This document shows positions 9,815 to 19,033 of a stretch of DNA of 64,000 nucleotides, piece after piece (position 1 is the stretch's first letter; each line of letters begins with the position of its first letter). The stretch lies in IMG/VR virus record IMGVR_UViG_3300011226_000001, positions 204,225 to 268,224 of that record. One strand, written 5' to 3'. A model generated the notes under the pieces. The model made no database searches and was not told where the DNA came from. It worked only from the letters and a program-made list of their open reading frames with translations. The translations under genes and the position numbers were made by a program. This DNA is from a virus. Its lineage: Duplodnaviria; Caudoviricetes.

Positions 9815-11500
9815 ATGTTACAACCTAATCACCCCTCTCCGGGGGTCTATTCGCAGGAGAATGACCGCAGCAACCAAGCGTCACTTGTGCAGTATGGCAT
9901 GTGTACTCTGGTGCTGCCGTTCCCTCGCGGACCTGTGGGTGTTAACACAACTGTTACCTCTAAGGATGAGATTGACGCAATTTTTGGTCCAGCAACGGGG
10001 CAGTACGCTAACAACGTCCAGAACGCAAAACTTCTGATGACGAAAGCAACCAAGCTGAACATTACGCGTGTCGCTCTCTCTGTGAAATACGCAGGTGTGT
10101 ACCTCACAACTTATAATAACTTTGCCACCTGCCGCCCTCTCGGTGACGCTGGACTTGTTGACCCTGAGCAGATTGCTTTCTCTGATCGCGATATCTGCCT
10201 GATTTACGCAATGTCTCAGTATGCAGCGGCGAACAACCTGTACATCACGTTCGAGCCTGACGTAACAGATCCTCTGGGCTATAAGTCCCTGATCAAAGTG
10301 TATCAAGTCGGTTATCTCACGCCGCTGGAAACGCACACTGTTACAACGCGCTACTGGAAAGACGAAGCTGGTAATCAGTTCTTCATTGAAGACGTTATCA
10401 ACGTTAACTCCAAGTACATCCGCGTTAAGCTGAACGAAAATCACTACAAGCTGCTGGAAGACCCGAACTATGTGGTCATCAACTCCATCGGCGGTGGCCC
10501 TGCTGACCCAACGAACCCGACTGCTCCTAACGGTCAGTTCACTGGTGGTAGTGACGGTTCTGTTATTGACGTAGACCATTCTGACGCGACTATTGCTAAT
10601 CAGAGTCTGTCTGCTGTTCTTAGCGCGTGGGATAACTACCGTGACTGGGAAGATGTTCAGGCTGGCATTCTGTGCTCTGGTGGTCTTGAGCATCCTGTGA
10701 TTGCGAACAAGATCGATGAATTGGCTGAGAGCCGCATGGACTGTATCGCCACTCACGGTGTTCCTGTTCCGTTGCAGGCGCGTGACAACGCTGTTGCGTA
10801 TCGTCGCGGTAACAAGCCTTATCAGCAAGCAGAGTTCTCTATCATCGGTTCTTGGTCGGCTATCTCGAACGCTGACGTTAAAACCCGTGACAATGACAAC
10901 GCGCGTGACTACTACGTGCCTGCGTCTGTGTGTATGGCGTACTGCATGTTGACTGCTGACCAAGTAGCATCGTGGTTAGCACCTGGCGGTCTGAATCGTG
11001 GTAAGCTGGACTTCGCTACTGACGTGCGCTATCGCTTTAAACAAGGCGACCGTGACGTTCTGGTAGACAACCAGATTAACCCGATTGCTGTATTCGAAGG
11101 TGAAGGTATCTTCATGTGGGGTGCTGATACAACGTATACCACTAAGAGCCCGCTGCAGGATATCGGCATTCGTCGTCTGCTGGCAATGCTTCATGCTTCT
11201 GCTCGCGCTAACAACCTGAGTGCTGTCTTCGAACCGAACGACGACATTCTGAAACAGCGCCAGAAGTCTGCGATGGAAGCAATCCTCGAACCGATTAAGA
11301 CCGGTCGTGGTTTGCGTTGGTATGCAGTCCAGTGTGACTACAAGAACAACACCGCAGAAGACGAAGCGCGTGGCGACCTGATCATCGACGTGTTCCTTGA
11401 TCCTACTCGCTATACCAAACGCATTCACGTAACTGCTATCGTGCCACCTGTAGGCGATATTCAGTACGCGCTGCAACTGATTAACTCTGGTGCACTCTAA
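9815..11500 (+). CDS. tail sheath protein
   Basis: N-terminal SPGVYSQE; GGSDG, WLAPGGLNRG, INPI and IRRL motifs, and C-terminal CDYKNNT...LIIDVFLDP, all typical of T4 gp18-like sheaths. Confidence 0.92.
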   Translation: MLQPNHPSPGVYSQENDRSNQASLVQYGMCTLVLPFPRGPVGVNTTVTSKDEIDAIFGPATGQYANNVQNAKLLMTKATKLNITRVALSVKYAGVYLTTYNNFATCRPLGDAGLVDPEQIAFSDRDICLIYAMSQYAAANNLYITFEPDVTDPLGYKSLIKVYQVGYLTPLETHTVTTRYWKDEAGNQFFIEDVINVNSKYIRVKLNENHYKLLEDPNYVVINSIGGGPADPTNPTAPNGQFTGGSDGSVIDVDHSDATIANQSLSAVLSAWDNYRDWEDVQAGILCSGGLEHPVIANKIDELAESRMDCIATHGVPVPLQARDNAVAYRRGNKPYQQAEFSIIGSWSAISNADVKTRDNDNARDYYVPASVCMAYCMLTADQVASWLAPGGLNRGKLDFATDVRYRFKQGDRDVLVDNQINPIAVFEGEGIFMWGADTTYTTKSPLQDIGIRRLLAMLHASARANNLSAVFEPNDDILKQRQKSAMEAILEPIKTGRGLRWYAVQCDYKNNTAEDEARGDLIIDVFLDPTRYTKRIHVTAIVPPVGDIQYALQLINSGAL

Positions 11501-11511
11501 GGAGCTTTTAG

Positions 11512-12024
11512 ATGCCAAAGGTAACTCTTGACGAATTTGCGTCTACTAAAGATCCGTTACTCGATGACAACTTCGAGTTCCTGATCCCTAACCCGCCTGT
11601 TGGCGGTACAGACTATGCGCGTACTCTGCGCCTGTTCTGTAAGACTGGCGTTAAGCCAGGTTCTACTCTGGAAGAAGTGCTGAAAGAAGCGTTCGGCCAC
11701 CAGCTCAACTACGCTGGTCGTAAGATCTTCTCTCACGCGCTGTCCACTGAGTACAACGAAAACTCCGAAATGGCAGTGTACAAACAACTGGAAGAATGGC
11801 ATGAGTTCGTTCGTGCTACTCAAACCCAGCTGGGCGCACGTAAAGCTGACTACGCGACCAAAGCAATCTTCCGTATCTTCGATATGGACGGCTCTGTAGT
11901 TGCTGAGTACAACATCTACGGTGTGTGGCCGAAACAGGTTCCTGACTTGCAGTTCTCTGGTGCTGCACAGGCTGTTCCGGTATCAATCGAATGGTCCTTC
12001 GACTACGCCGAACTCGCATCGTAA
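11512..12024 (+). CDS. tail tube protein (gp19-like)
   Basis: Follows the sheath gene; YAGR and YNIYGVWPKQV...WSFD motifs. Confidence 0.85.
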   Translation: MPKVTLDEFASTKDPLLDDNFEFLIPNPPVGGTDYARTLRLFCKTGVKPGSTLEEVLKEAFGHQLNYAGRKIFSHALSTEYNENSEMAVYKQLEEWHEFVRATQTQLGARKADYATKAIFRIFDMDGSVVAEYNIYGVWPKQVPDLQFSGAAQAVPVSIEWSFDYAELAS

Positions 12025-12031
12025 GAAACAC

Positions 12032-12066
12032 AAGGGCCAAGATTCGTTCTGGCCCTTTTTCGTTTT
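12032..12066 (+). terminator. rho-independent terminator
   Basis: aagggccaaga-ttcgt-tctggcccttttt, stem with a T tract. Confidence 0.75.
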
Positions 12067-12075
12067 GGAGAGACT

Positions 12076-12750
12076 ATGCTTATTCTACTGAGCGAGAGCG
12101 CACGTAAACTGCCGGACGTGTCTATTCAAGATTGCGACTGGTATCGCTTCGAAGGTAAGCGCAAGGTAAGCATTGAGAACAAGGAGCATGAAGCTGATAT
12201 CGAGGAGAAAGATGTTTTCGGTATCAAGGCTGCAAAGCGCAACAAGTTCTATGTGCTGCATAAGGATGATCCGTCAGTAGTGTTTGAAGTCGATGCTGCT
12301 ACAGCACGTTCGTTGCTTGGCCGCAGTCGTCCGTTCACTGGTACTGTGTCCGGCATTCGCGTTAAGAAAGCGACTGATAAAAATACCTCTGCGCGTGAGA
12401 AACTCCCTGCTGCGCCTAAAGAACCACAACCGAAGAAACCGTTCAAGGCTGTTCCCGGCTCTAAAGCAGAGAACACTAAGCTGACTCAAGAACTGCGTAA
12501 GACCAAGTTTAAGAACGCTGGTCGTATTGAGTTCCTTGCTCGAATCCCAATGCCAACAGGCGGCACGTATAACTACTACGATGCGTCTGAAACGTTTGAC
12601 GGCTACAAGGCCAATCAGCGTGAGAAGTGGGAAACGGATTACGAGAAAGCTGTAGTCAAGCAAATTGAAAACGGTGGCTATCTGGTTGGCGCTACGTTCC
12701 TCAAGTTCGACGATGCTGTTAGACCTGTGCTTGTTATTGTAGAGGACTGA
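12076..12750 (+). CDS. hypothetical basic protein, probable internal head protein
   Basis: N-terminal LLSESA motif followed by a domain also seen in the 3056 and 25276 ORFs. Confidence 0.6.
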   Translation: MLILLSESARKLPDVSIQDCDWYRFEGKRKVSIENKEHEADIEEKDVFGIKAAKRNKFYVLHKDDPSVVFEVDAATARSLLGRSRPFTGTVSGIRVKKATDKNTSAREKLPAAPKEPQPKKPFKAVPGSKAENTKLTQELRKTKFKNAGRIEFLARIPMPTGGTYNYYDASETFDGYKANQREKWETDYEKAVVKQIENGGYLVGATFLKFDDAVRPVLVIVED

Positions 12751-12752
12751 TC

Positions 12753-13265
12753 ATGCCGTTGCCAACGCTTGATGACCTGAATGATTCTTCTGCTCCTGGC
12801 CTTGACGATCCATTCATGCAAGACAAGTGGCGTGTGCGAGAATTTCCTGTAATTGGTAATGTATCGTTAAGCCCGTTCGCGTGTGAAGAAGTTGACCTGC
12901 CATTCTCCGTCTATCAATCGAAATCAAAAGAAGTGGCTACGGTTACTATCAACTGGCCACATGGTTCGAGCGTTGACGGATTCAGTCTGCTGTTTGGCCT
13001 TGACCAGAAGCTCGCAGTGATGAAGTATTTCACTGCATGGCAGAACTTGATTCAGAACCCGTACACTGGTGGTTTTAGATTGCCGTCCGTGTATAAGAAA
13101 AACCTTATCATTGAGCTATACGACAACCAAGGGCAAATGGTTGGCGAACAACAGCTACGCAACTGCTGGCCTATCGGTGGTCAAAGCATTACGCTTAACG
13201 GAACCGGTGGCCGTGCGATGTGGTCTGTTCAGATGGCTCTTGATGTTTCCCGTCCAATGATGTGA
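12753..13265 (+). CDS. tail tube-like baseplate/tube initiator protein (gp54-like)
   Basis: Paralogous to the tube protein (LDDPF, LYDNQG, LRNCWP motifs). Confidence 0.65.
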   Translation: MPLPTLDDLNDSSAPGLDDPFMQDKWRVREFPVIGNVSLSPFACEEVDLPFSVYQSKSKEVATVTINWPHGSSVDGFSLLFGLDQKLAVMKYFTAWQNLIQNPYTGGFRLPSVYKKNLIIELYDNQGQMVGEQQLRNCWPIGGQSITLNGTGGRAMWSVQMALDVSRPMM

Positions 13266-13275
13266 GATAAGAACT

Positions 13276-13959
13276 ATGGAAATTCAAACAGCGAGTTTAC
13301 CGTCGCGCGGTTATAAAGCGCAACTGCCTGACGTTTTTGAGATGCGTCGTTTTGCTGGTAAAGAGAACCGCGCTATCGCTAAAGCCATTGACGCTAAGGA
13401 TATGAAGTACATCCTGCTCGATGCTCTCGCTCCTTGCCTGAACATCCCGCTTGATGAACTGACTGTACCAGATGCGTTTGCACTCGTCTTTCAACAGCGT
13501 ATGTGGATGAACACGGTACTGCCGCTGCGCACGTACTGGCGTTGCAATAAACCGCTGTTTGAATATTCCGATGGTATCGTGAACGAACTGCGGCCTGACG
13601 GTGGCGTTATCAATACGTTCCCGTGTGCTGCAAACAACATTGGCGTGATTGATGAAACGTCCATGTCTATCGCAGTGCTTAACGCAGAGCATGAGCGTTT
13701 CGATCTGCCTCGTATGCGTCACTACGAACGTGCATCGGAAGATATGTTTAGCTGGCACGTAGCGCACATGGGAAGTGACTTCGACGGTAACGTTGCGCTG
13801 CTTGAAGAACAATCTGATCTGACACTCTGGCTTGAATTGTCCGAGTGGGTACGCGCTTCTCGCCACGGTCTGCTGACCGATATCGAACTCCTGTGTCCTC
13901 ATTGCCAGCGTCGTAGCACACGCGCATGGGATCTCAACCCATCGGTCTTTGTTAACTGA
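13276..13959 (+). CDS. baseplate hub assembly protein (T4 gp26-like)
   Basis: N-terminal LPSRG, LTVPD and C-terminal CPHC Zn motif. Confidence 0.6.
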   Translation: MEIQTASLPSRGYKAQLPDVFEMRRFAGKENRAIAKAIDAKDMKYILLDALAPCLNIPLDELTVPDAFALVFQQRMWMNTVLPLRTYWRCNKPLFEYSDGIVNELRPDGGVINTFPCAANNIGVIDETSMSIAVLNAEHERFDLPRMRHYERASEDMFSWHVAHMGSDFDGNVALLEEQSDLTLWLELSEWVRASRHGLLTDIELLCPHCQRRSTRAWDLNPSVFVN

Positions 13960-14801
13960 TGTTAGAGATATATCTCCCCTCAGGCAGGTCAGACGTTCGC
14001 ATCATGCAGGTAACTGCCGATGCAATGTCGAGTCTGTTTAACGCACAGAAACACAAACTGCCTGAACTCTTTGTTGATACGTTGCAGCGATTCACCAACG
14101 TTCGTATTCGTGATATGTACCTCGAAGACTTCCGTTACATGCTGGCAATGATCGACAGAAATAGTTGGCCGCAGTCGCATCGTCTTTACGAGTGGCGTTG
14201 CACACAAACGTTCTTTGTTGATATGCGCGGAGAACGTTACTACGACAGGCCAAGAGGACGTAAGTTCGTCGAAGTAGAATGCAACCTGCTTAACACCGAA
14301 GAGGTTATGCGTCAGAAGATAGTGACGCACAAGTGGCGCGACCTTCCACAAGGCTTGCGCCATCCTACCGTTCAGCGTTGGATTGATGCTGAGTTGCTTG
14401 CAGAGACAGAAGACCGTACTCAGGTAATGAATGCGATGTATATCGACAGCGATATCCCTCTCGCGCAAACTCTTGAATACGCTTCTCCTGTTGAGTTGCT
14501 TAACGCCAGCAATTACGTGTTCGTTAGCTGCGAACTGGAAACCACCCACAAGTGCAACCGTTGCTTCCGCACGTACACGTACAAAAGTCCAATTGATATT
14601 CTCGGTTACTTCCGCGTGTTCTCCGATACGTCTATGATGAACATGACGCTCGACCTTGCGTCGGCTAAGAACATCTATGTGCCGGACGATATAACGATCA
14701 ACAAACTGCTTTACTGGCATAGTGCTTACGTTCACGATAAGAACAAAGCCGAAGAGCAGCGAGCGCTTGCGAAAGCAGCGCAGAAAGGTCGAAGAGGTTA
14801 A
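13959..14801 (+). CDS. second gp26/gp51-like baseplate assembly protein
   Basis: Paralogue of the upstream gene (YLPSG, WRC, CNRC). Confidence 0.55.
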   Translation: MLEIYLPSGRSDVRIMQVTADAMSSLFNAQKHKLPELFVDTLQRFTNVRIRDMYLEDFRYMLAMIDRNSWPQSHRLYEWRCTQTFFVDMRGERYYDRPRGRKFVEVECNLLNTEEVMRQKIVTHKWRDLPQGLRHPTVQRWIDAELLAETEDRTQVMNAMYIDSDIPLAQTLEYASPVELLNASNYVFVSCELETTHKCNRCFRTYTYKSPIDILGYFRVFSDTSMMNMTLDLASAKNIYVPDDITINKLLYWHSAYVHDKNKAEEQRALAKAAQKGRRG

Positions 14802-14803
14802 TA

Positions 14804-17500
14804 ATGGCTAAGCCACAAGAGAAAGAGTTGTCCGCACTCGAACTAATGATCGAACATGCAGACAGCATTAGTCCTTCTGTTGCCGGTATGCCTAAAGCGC
14901 GACGCAAACGTAAAGCCGCTAACGATTCACCTGCGGTAGATTACGAACGCGATTACGACCCAGAACTGTACGATGATGAAGTTGTATTTGTCGGACCTGG
15001 GTCACGCGCTAAGAACCGTGCAGCAAAAGCGTTGCGCGAGAAGATGGCCAATCAGCGTGTGCGTTATGTCAGTGATAACGATGCACCAACTTCTCCTCGT
15101 GCTGTATCGCAGCAACCAAACCCACGTGAAGTTGAATCAGCACTTGAAGACCTGTTCATCGCAGGTGAGAAGTCTGGTGATGATATCGTTAAAGCAATCA
15201 AAGAGGGTAATGCAGTCTCAACGAAGACGCAGAAAGCCCTCGAAGATTGGCTTGAGTGGGAAAAGCGCGAAGCATTCAAAGAGAAGAACCGCGCCAAGTC
15301 AGACCCCCATGGTAATCAGCCAGGTGCCGGTGGCCCCGGAACCGGTGGTGCAAAAGATGATGGAGGACCTGATGAAGATGATAACGGCGGTCCTGATTTC
15401 GGTGATAATGGCAACAATAATCGCCGTCGTCGTACCGGTGGTCGTAATCGCCGTGGCAGACGCTACGGACGCAGTTCAGGATCACGCAGAGGTCCGGGGC
15501 GCAACCTTCCTCGACGCAGATTCCCACGATTAAGAGGCAAGGCTGGTGCGCTGTTAACTCTCGGTACTCTCGCTGCTGCTACTGCTGGTGGTTTGTGGTT
15601 GAAGAACGAATCGCAAGAGAAGTTCGAGCAAGATAATGCTGGGAACGGCGGTGCGGGTATGCCTGACAATCAGGCCGTTCCTGCTGAGGCCCCTGCTCCA
15701 GTTGCTCAACAACCCGAGATTCAACGCGCAGAAGAAGCTGCTAAGGGTGATGCACCCAAGCCTCCGTCAGAAGCACAAGACGCTGCTGTTGCTGGTGCTT
15801 CCTTGTTGCTTGCTGGTGCTGCGAAGAAGATTCCTGTTGTAGGTCCTGCTCTTGGTAACGGTTTGTCGCTTGCGAACGATATGCAGCACATCGACGCAGA
15901 CGAAACGATGACCGACCAAGAGAAAGCGCACGAGAAGAAAAAAGCAACTGGTGGTGCTATCGGAGGAACTGCTGGTGGCACTACAGGTGCTGTTGCTGGC
16001 GCGTGGATTGGCGGTACGTTAGGTTCAGTCGTTCCTGTTGTTGGCACTGCTGCTGGTGCTGCTCTTGGTGGCTTGCTGGGTGGCATTCTGGGTGATTACT
16101 TCGGTAACTCTATCGGTGAGTATGTTGCCGATAAGATAACTGATGAAACAGACACGATGCTCGCTGACGGTGAGAAAGACCGCAAAGAGAAGATGGACGA
16201 GTACAACGACACTACCGCAGAGAACGAGAACAAAGCGAAGTTCCCTGCACCATCTGTTTCACCTTTCAGCTTCATGGGTCTGATGGGTATGGGGGGCTCT
16301 GGTGGTGGCACGTATCAAGGTCCGATGCGAGCACAACCGTCTAAGCGTTATGACAGCAAGCAAGTAACCGATATCGCTAACAAAGCAATTGCTGAGGGTG
16401 GTCTTGGTTCTGTTAGTGAGCAGTTCGAATCAGGTGGCCGTGGTGTAGGCACTGTGTCTACTGGTCGTGGTGATTATGGTGGTGTGTCTTACGGCAAACA
16501 CCAGCTTGCTACGAACAACGGCAGCATGATGAACTTCTTGAACAGCCCTGAAGGTAAACCGTTCTTGCAACGCTTTGGTGGTCTTGCTCCGGGGACCGCT
16601 CAGTTCAACTCTGTCTACAAAGACGTTGCGAGTTCTCAAGGTGCAGAGTTCGATAAAGCGCAGTCTGACTATATCACGCGTACTCACTATGCACCTCTTG
16701 CTGCGAAGATGCAGAACGAAGTGGGTGTTGATTTGACGAAGCGTGGTGCTGGTGTCAAGGAGCTGATGTATAGTACCGCTGTGCAGTACGGTGCAGGTAC
16801 AAGCGTCATCTCTAATGCACTGCAGGGTAAAGACGTTAACTCAATGTCCGACGAAGAATTGATTAAGACAATTCAGGACTACAAGGCAGCGACCACCGAC
16901 AGATACTTCAAGTCATCTGATGCTCAGACGCGACAGTCCGTTGCGATGCGAGCGCAGAACGAGAAGGATGTGTTGCTCAAAGTTGCAGAAGCAGACAGGA
17001 AGAAGAAAGCTGTAAATAACCCAGATGCGGAGCTTGACGCCAAGATCGCTAAACGTTTCCCGGACTTACCTAAGGGTAGCGGTAGCGATTACAGCAATAC
17101 TCAAGTTGACGCAAACAAAGAATCATTGCCTGACTTAACAGGTCGTGGTCCGGTTACGCCTAAGTCTACTCCTGAAGAGCATGAGCGTCGTTTGAACGAA
17201 CTCGTTGCTGCTGCGGCTCCTGATGTGAAACGCATTGAGCCTGTAGTGCAGCCAGAAGCTCCTGTTGAGCGTGTGCCTCTCGTAACACCTGGAGACATTG
17301 CTCGTACAGAAGTACCTGAACCTGCTGTTGCAGCACCCCCACCAACTCAAACAGCCAATCAGCCTAAAGGCGGTGCAGTATCTCGCCCAAGCTCGAAAGG
17401 TTCAAGTGGCTCTAGCCCTAGTAACTCACACTCACTCGATTCAATTCCAATCTTCATGGATGACCCGATGCTGAATATGATTACTATGGGTTACATGTGA
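14804..17500 (+). CDS. tape-measure-like virion protein with VgrG3-type peptidoglycan hydrolase domain
   Basis: Gly/Ala hydrophobic zipper segments; domain LGSVSEQFESGG...DYGGVSYGKHQL...YSTAVQYG at ~16400-16985 matches the lysozyme-like family of Vibrio cholerae VgrG3. Confidence 0.7.
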   Translation: MAKPQEKELSALELMIEHADSISPSVAGMPKARRKRKAANDSPAVDYERDYDPELYDDEVVFVGPGSRAKNRAAKALREKMANQRVRYVSDNDAPTSPRAVSQQPNPREVESALEDLFIAGEKSGDDIVKAIKEGNAVSTKTQKALEDWLEWEKREAFKEKNRAKSDPHGNQPGAGGPGTGGAKDDGGPDEDDNGGPDFGDNGNNNRRRRTGGRNRRGRRYGRSSGSRRGPGRNLPRRRFPRLRGKAGALLTLGTLAAATAGGLWLKNESQEKFEQDNAGNGGAGMPDNQAVPAEAPAPVAQQPEIQRAEEAAKGDAPKPPSEAQDAAVAGASLLLAGAAKKIPVVGPALGNGLSLANDMQHIDADETMTDQEKAHEKKKATGGAIGGTAGGTTGAVAGAWIGGTLGSVVPVVGTAAGAALGGLLGGILGDYFGNSIGEYVADKITDETDTMLADGEKDRKEKMDEYNDTTAENENKAKFPAPSVSPFSFMGLMGMGGSGGGTYQGPMRAQPSKRYDSKQVTDIANKAIAEGGLGSVSEQFESGGRGVGTVSTGRGDYGGVSYGKHQLATNNGSMMNFLNSPEGKPFLQRFGGLAPGTAQFNSVYKDVASSQGAEFDKAQSDYITRTHYAPLAAKMQNEVGVDLTKRGAGVKELMYSTAVQYGAGTSVISNALQGKDVNSMSDEELIKTIQDYKAATTDRYFKSSDAQTRQSVAMRAQNEKDVLLKVAEADRKKKAVNNPDAELDAKIAKRFPDLPKGSGSDYSNTQVDANKESLPDLTGRGPVTPKSTPEEHERRLNELVAAAAPDVKRIEPVVQPEAPVERVPLVTPGDIARTEVPEPAVAAPPPTQTANQPKGGAVSRPSSKGSSGSSPSNSHSLDSIPIFMDDPMLNMITMGYM

Positions 17501-17512
17501 TAAGGAGTTTGT

Positions 17513-18340
17513 GTGGCTAACTATCTGATGCCCGCCGATGGTGGGCAAGCCACTGCTGTTGGTGCAACACGATCCCGCGACGATGTTATCTCTGTAGACA
17601 ACATGTATCGCGTCAAGATCTACAACAAAAGTGGCACAATCAAGTTCACTGGATTCATTCCACCTGACTTCTCATTTAGCCTGTCTTCTCAATGGGATGC
17701 ACCGTTCGCTAACACGACACTTGCTGACCTTGCAGAGAAAGGCGGTAACGCTCTTGGCGGTATGGGCGGTAGTCCTGTGCGTGATGCTATCGGTGCTGCT
17801 GGTCGTTTCGTAGGAAACAACGCAGGTGCTGCTGATAAAGCTCTGCGCTTCGCTGGTGCAAGCTCAATGCACAAGCTGGCAAGTGCTCGCGTGTGGGGAG
17901 GACCGAGTTATCTCTCAATCGATCTGCCTATCTTCGTTGATGCTTATTCCGATACGAAGACCGAAGTTGTTGATACGACTATCAACCTGCTGTCGCTATG
18001 TGCACCGTCAGAAAAAGGCGGTCTGCTGTTACCTCCGGGTCCTAGTCCATTGAAGTCTGTGAGCATGGAAACGCTCACTATGGCTGCTAGTGGTCAAGGT
18101 GCTGATGCTGCTAACGCTGCAATCGGTAACATCCTGGAGGACAGTGAGGCGTTCTTCGTTGATATTGGTAATTTCTTCTCAATGAGTCCCTGCGTCATTG
18201 ATAGCGTCAATGCTAACTTCGATAACGTGTGGGAAGATGGGACGGGTAACCCTATCAGCGTTGACTTCATCCTGCAGGTCAGTAGCTACTTCGCAGTAAC
18301 GCGAGAGGACTTGAGAAAATGGCTGAAACAATCGCAGTGA
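17513..18340 (+). CDS. baseplate/tube-junction protein (gp48-like)
   Basis: GTG start with AAGGAG RBS; C-terminal CVIDSVNANFD...GNPISVDFIL typical of tube-fold baseplate proteins. Confidence 0.5.
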   Translation: MANYLMPADGGQATAVGATRSRDDVISVDNMYRVKIYNKSGTIKFTGFIPPDFSFSLSSQWDAPFANTTLADLAEKGGNALGGMGGSPVRDAIGAAGRFVGNNAGAADKALRFAGASSMHKLASARVWGGPSYLSIDLPIFVDAYSDTKTEVVDTTINLLSLCAPSEKGGLLLPPGPSPLKSVSMETLTMAASGQGADAANAAIGNILEDSEAFFVDIGNFFSMSPCVIDSVNANFDNVWEDGTGNPISVDFILQVSSYFAVTREDLRKWLKQSQ

Positions 18341-18612
18341 TTGACAAGTGGGGGATAGACCCTCTGACCATGAAAGTGTTCGACGATGTGGATAGCGCTG
18401 TCTACAGCAATCCGATTCGTATCGACGCCTCTATGGAGGGTAACCCTCAACTCTTGTCGCACAACACATACGGTACGAACGCTAACTGGGCGTTGTTGCT
18501 TATTGCTAACGCGCTGCTGCATCCATCTGAGATGACTGCCGGTATGCTTATGGCAATCCCCATGAAGCGCCCTAGTGCCGCAATAAAACAAGTTAAGAGG
18601 ACGCAAATATAA
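18319..18612 (+). CDS. baseplate wedge protein (gp53/LysM-like)
   Basis: PQLLSHNTYG...WALLLIAN...GMLMAIP pattern. Confidence 0.65.
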   Translation: MAETIAVIDKWGIDPLTMKVFDDVDSAVYSNPIRIDASMEGNPQLLSHNTYGTNANWALLLIANALLHPSEMTAGMLMAIPMKRPSAAIKQVKRTQI

Positions 18613-19031
18613 TGGCAATGGTTAACGGCAAAATCGTTGGTGCGAAAGCGAAGAAGATCAAGGACAGTTTGAAGAAGTCTAAGAAGTCCGAGAAGCTGTC
18701 TGAGAAAGACGCAGAACTCAAGCGTCCGAAAGAGAAGAAGGCCAAGAAGGAAGAGAAGCCTGTTAAGGCAAAGAAGAAGACTCGCGTAGAGACTTCTGAG
18801 CCTGAGCTGTTTCGCATTCAGATTGGACCTCATGGCTTCTTGTCTGTAGACCTCGCTGACGACGATGCCGGTAACCGTGTCGTTGAAGTGCGTAAGTGGT
18901 ACAACACCAAAAACGATTCTGAAATCAAGCCCGGTCGTGGTGGATTCAACATGCAAGCGAAGTCTGCTGATCTCAAGCTGCTCGCTGCGCGTCTGAAAGC
19001 CATTGCGATTGAGCTTGACGCTGAGGGCTAA
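18612..19031 (+). CDS. PC4/YdbC-like ssDNA-binding protein with Lys-rich N-terminus
   Basis: VEVRKWY...IKPGRGG matches the PC4 fold signature. Confidence 0.65.
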   Translation: MAMVNGKIVGAKAKKIKDSLKKSKKSEKLSEKDAELKRPKEKKAKKEEKPVKAKKKTRVETSEPELFRIQIGPHGFLSVDLADDDAGNRVVEVRKWYNTKNDSEIKPGRGGFNMQAKSADLKLLAARLKAIAIELDAEG

Positions 19032-19033
19032 TC

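Noticed and set aside
13276-14801. Programmed frameshift in tail chaperones upstream of the tape measure
   Set aside because: Both genes have their own starts and paralogous N-termini and are joined by a TGATG overlap; no slippery site noticed.
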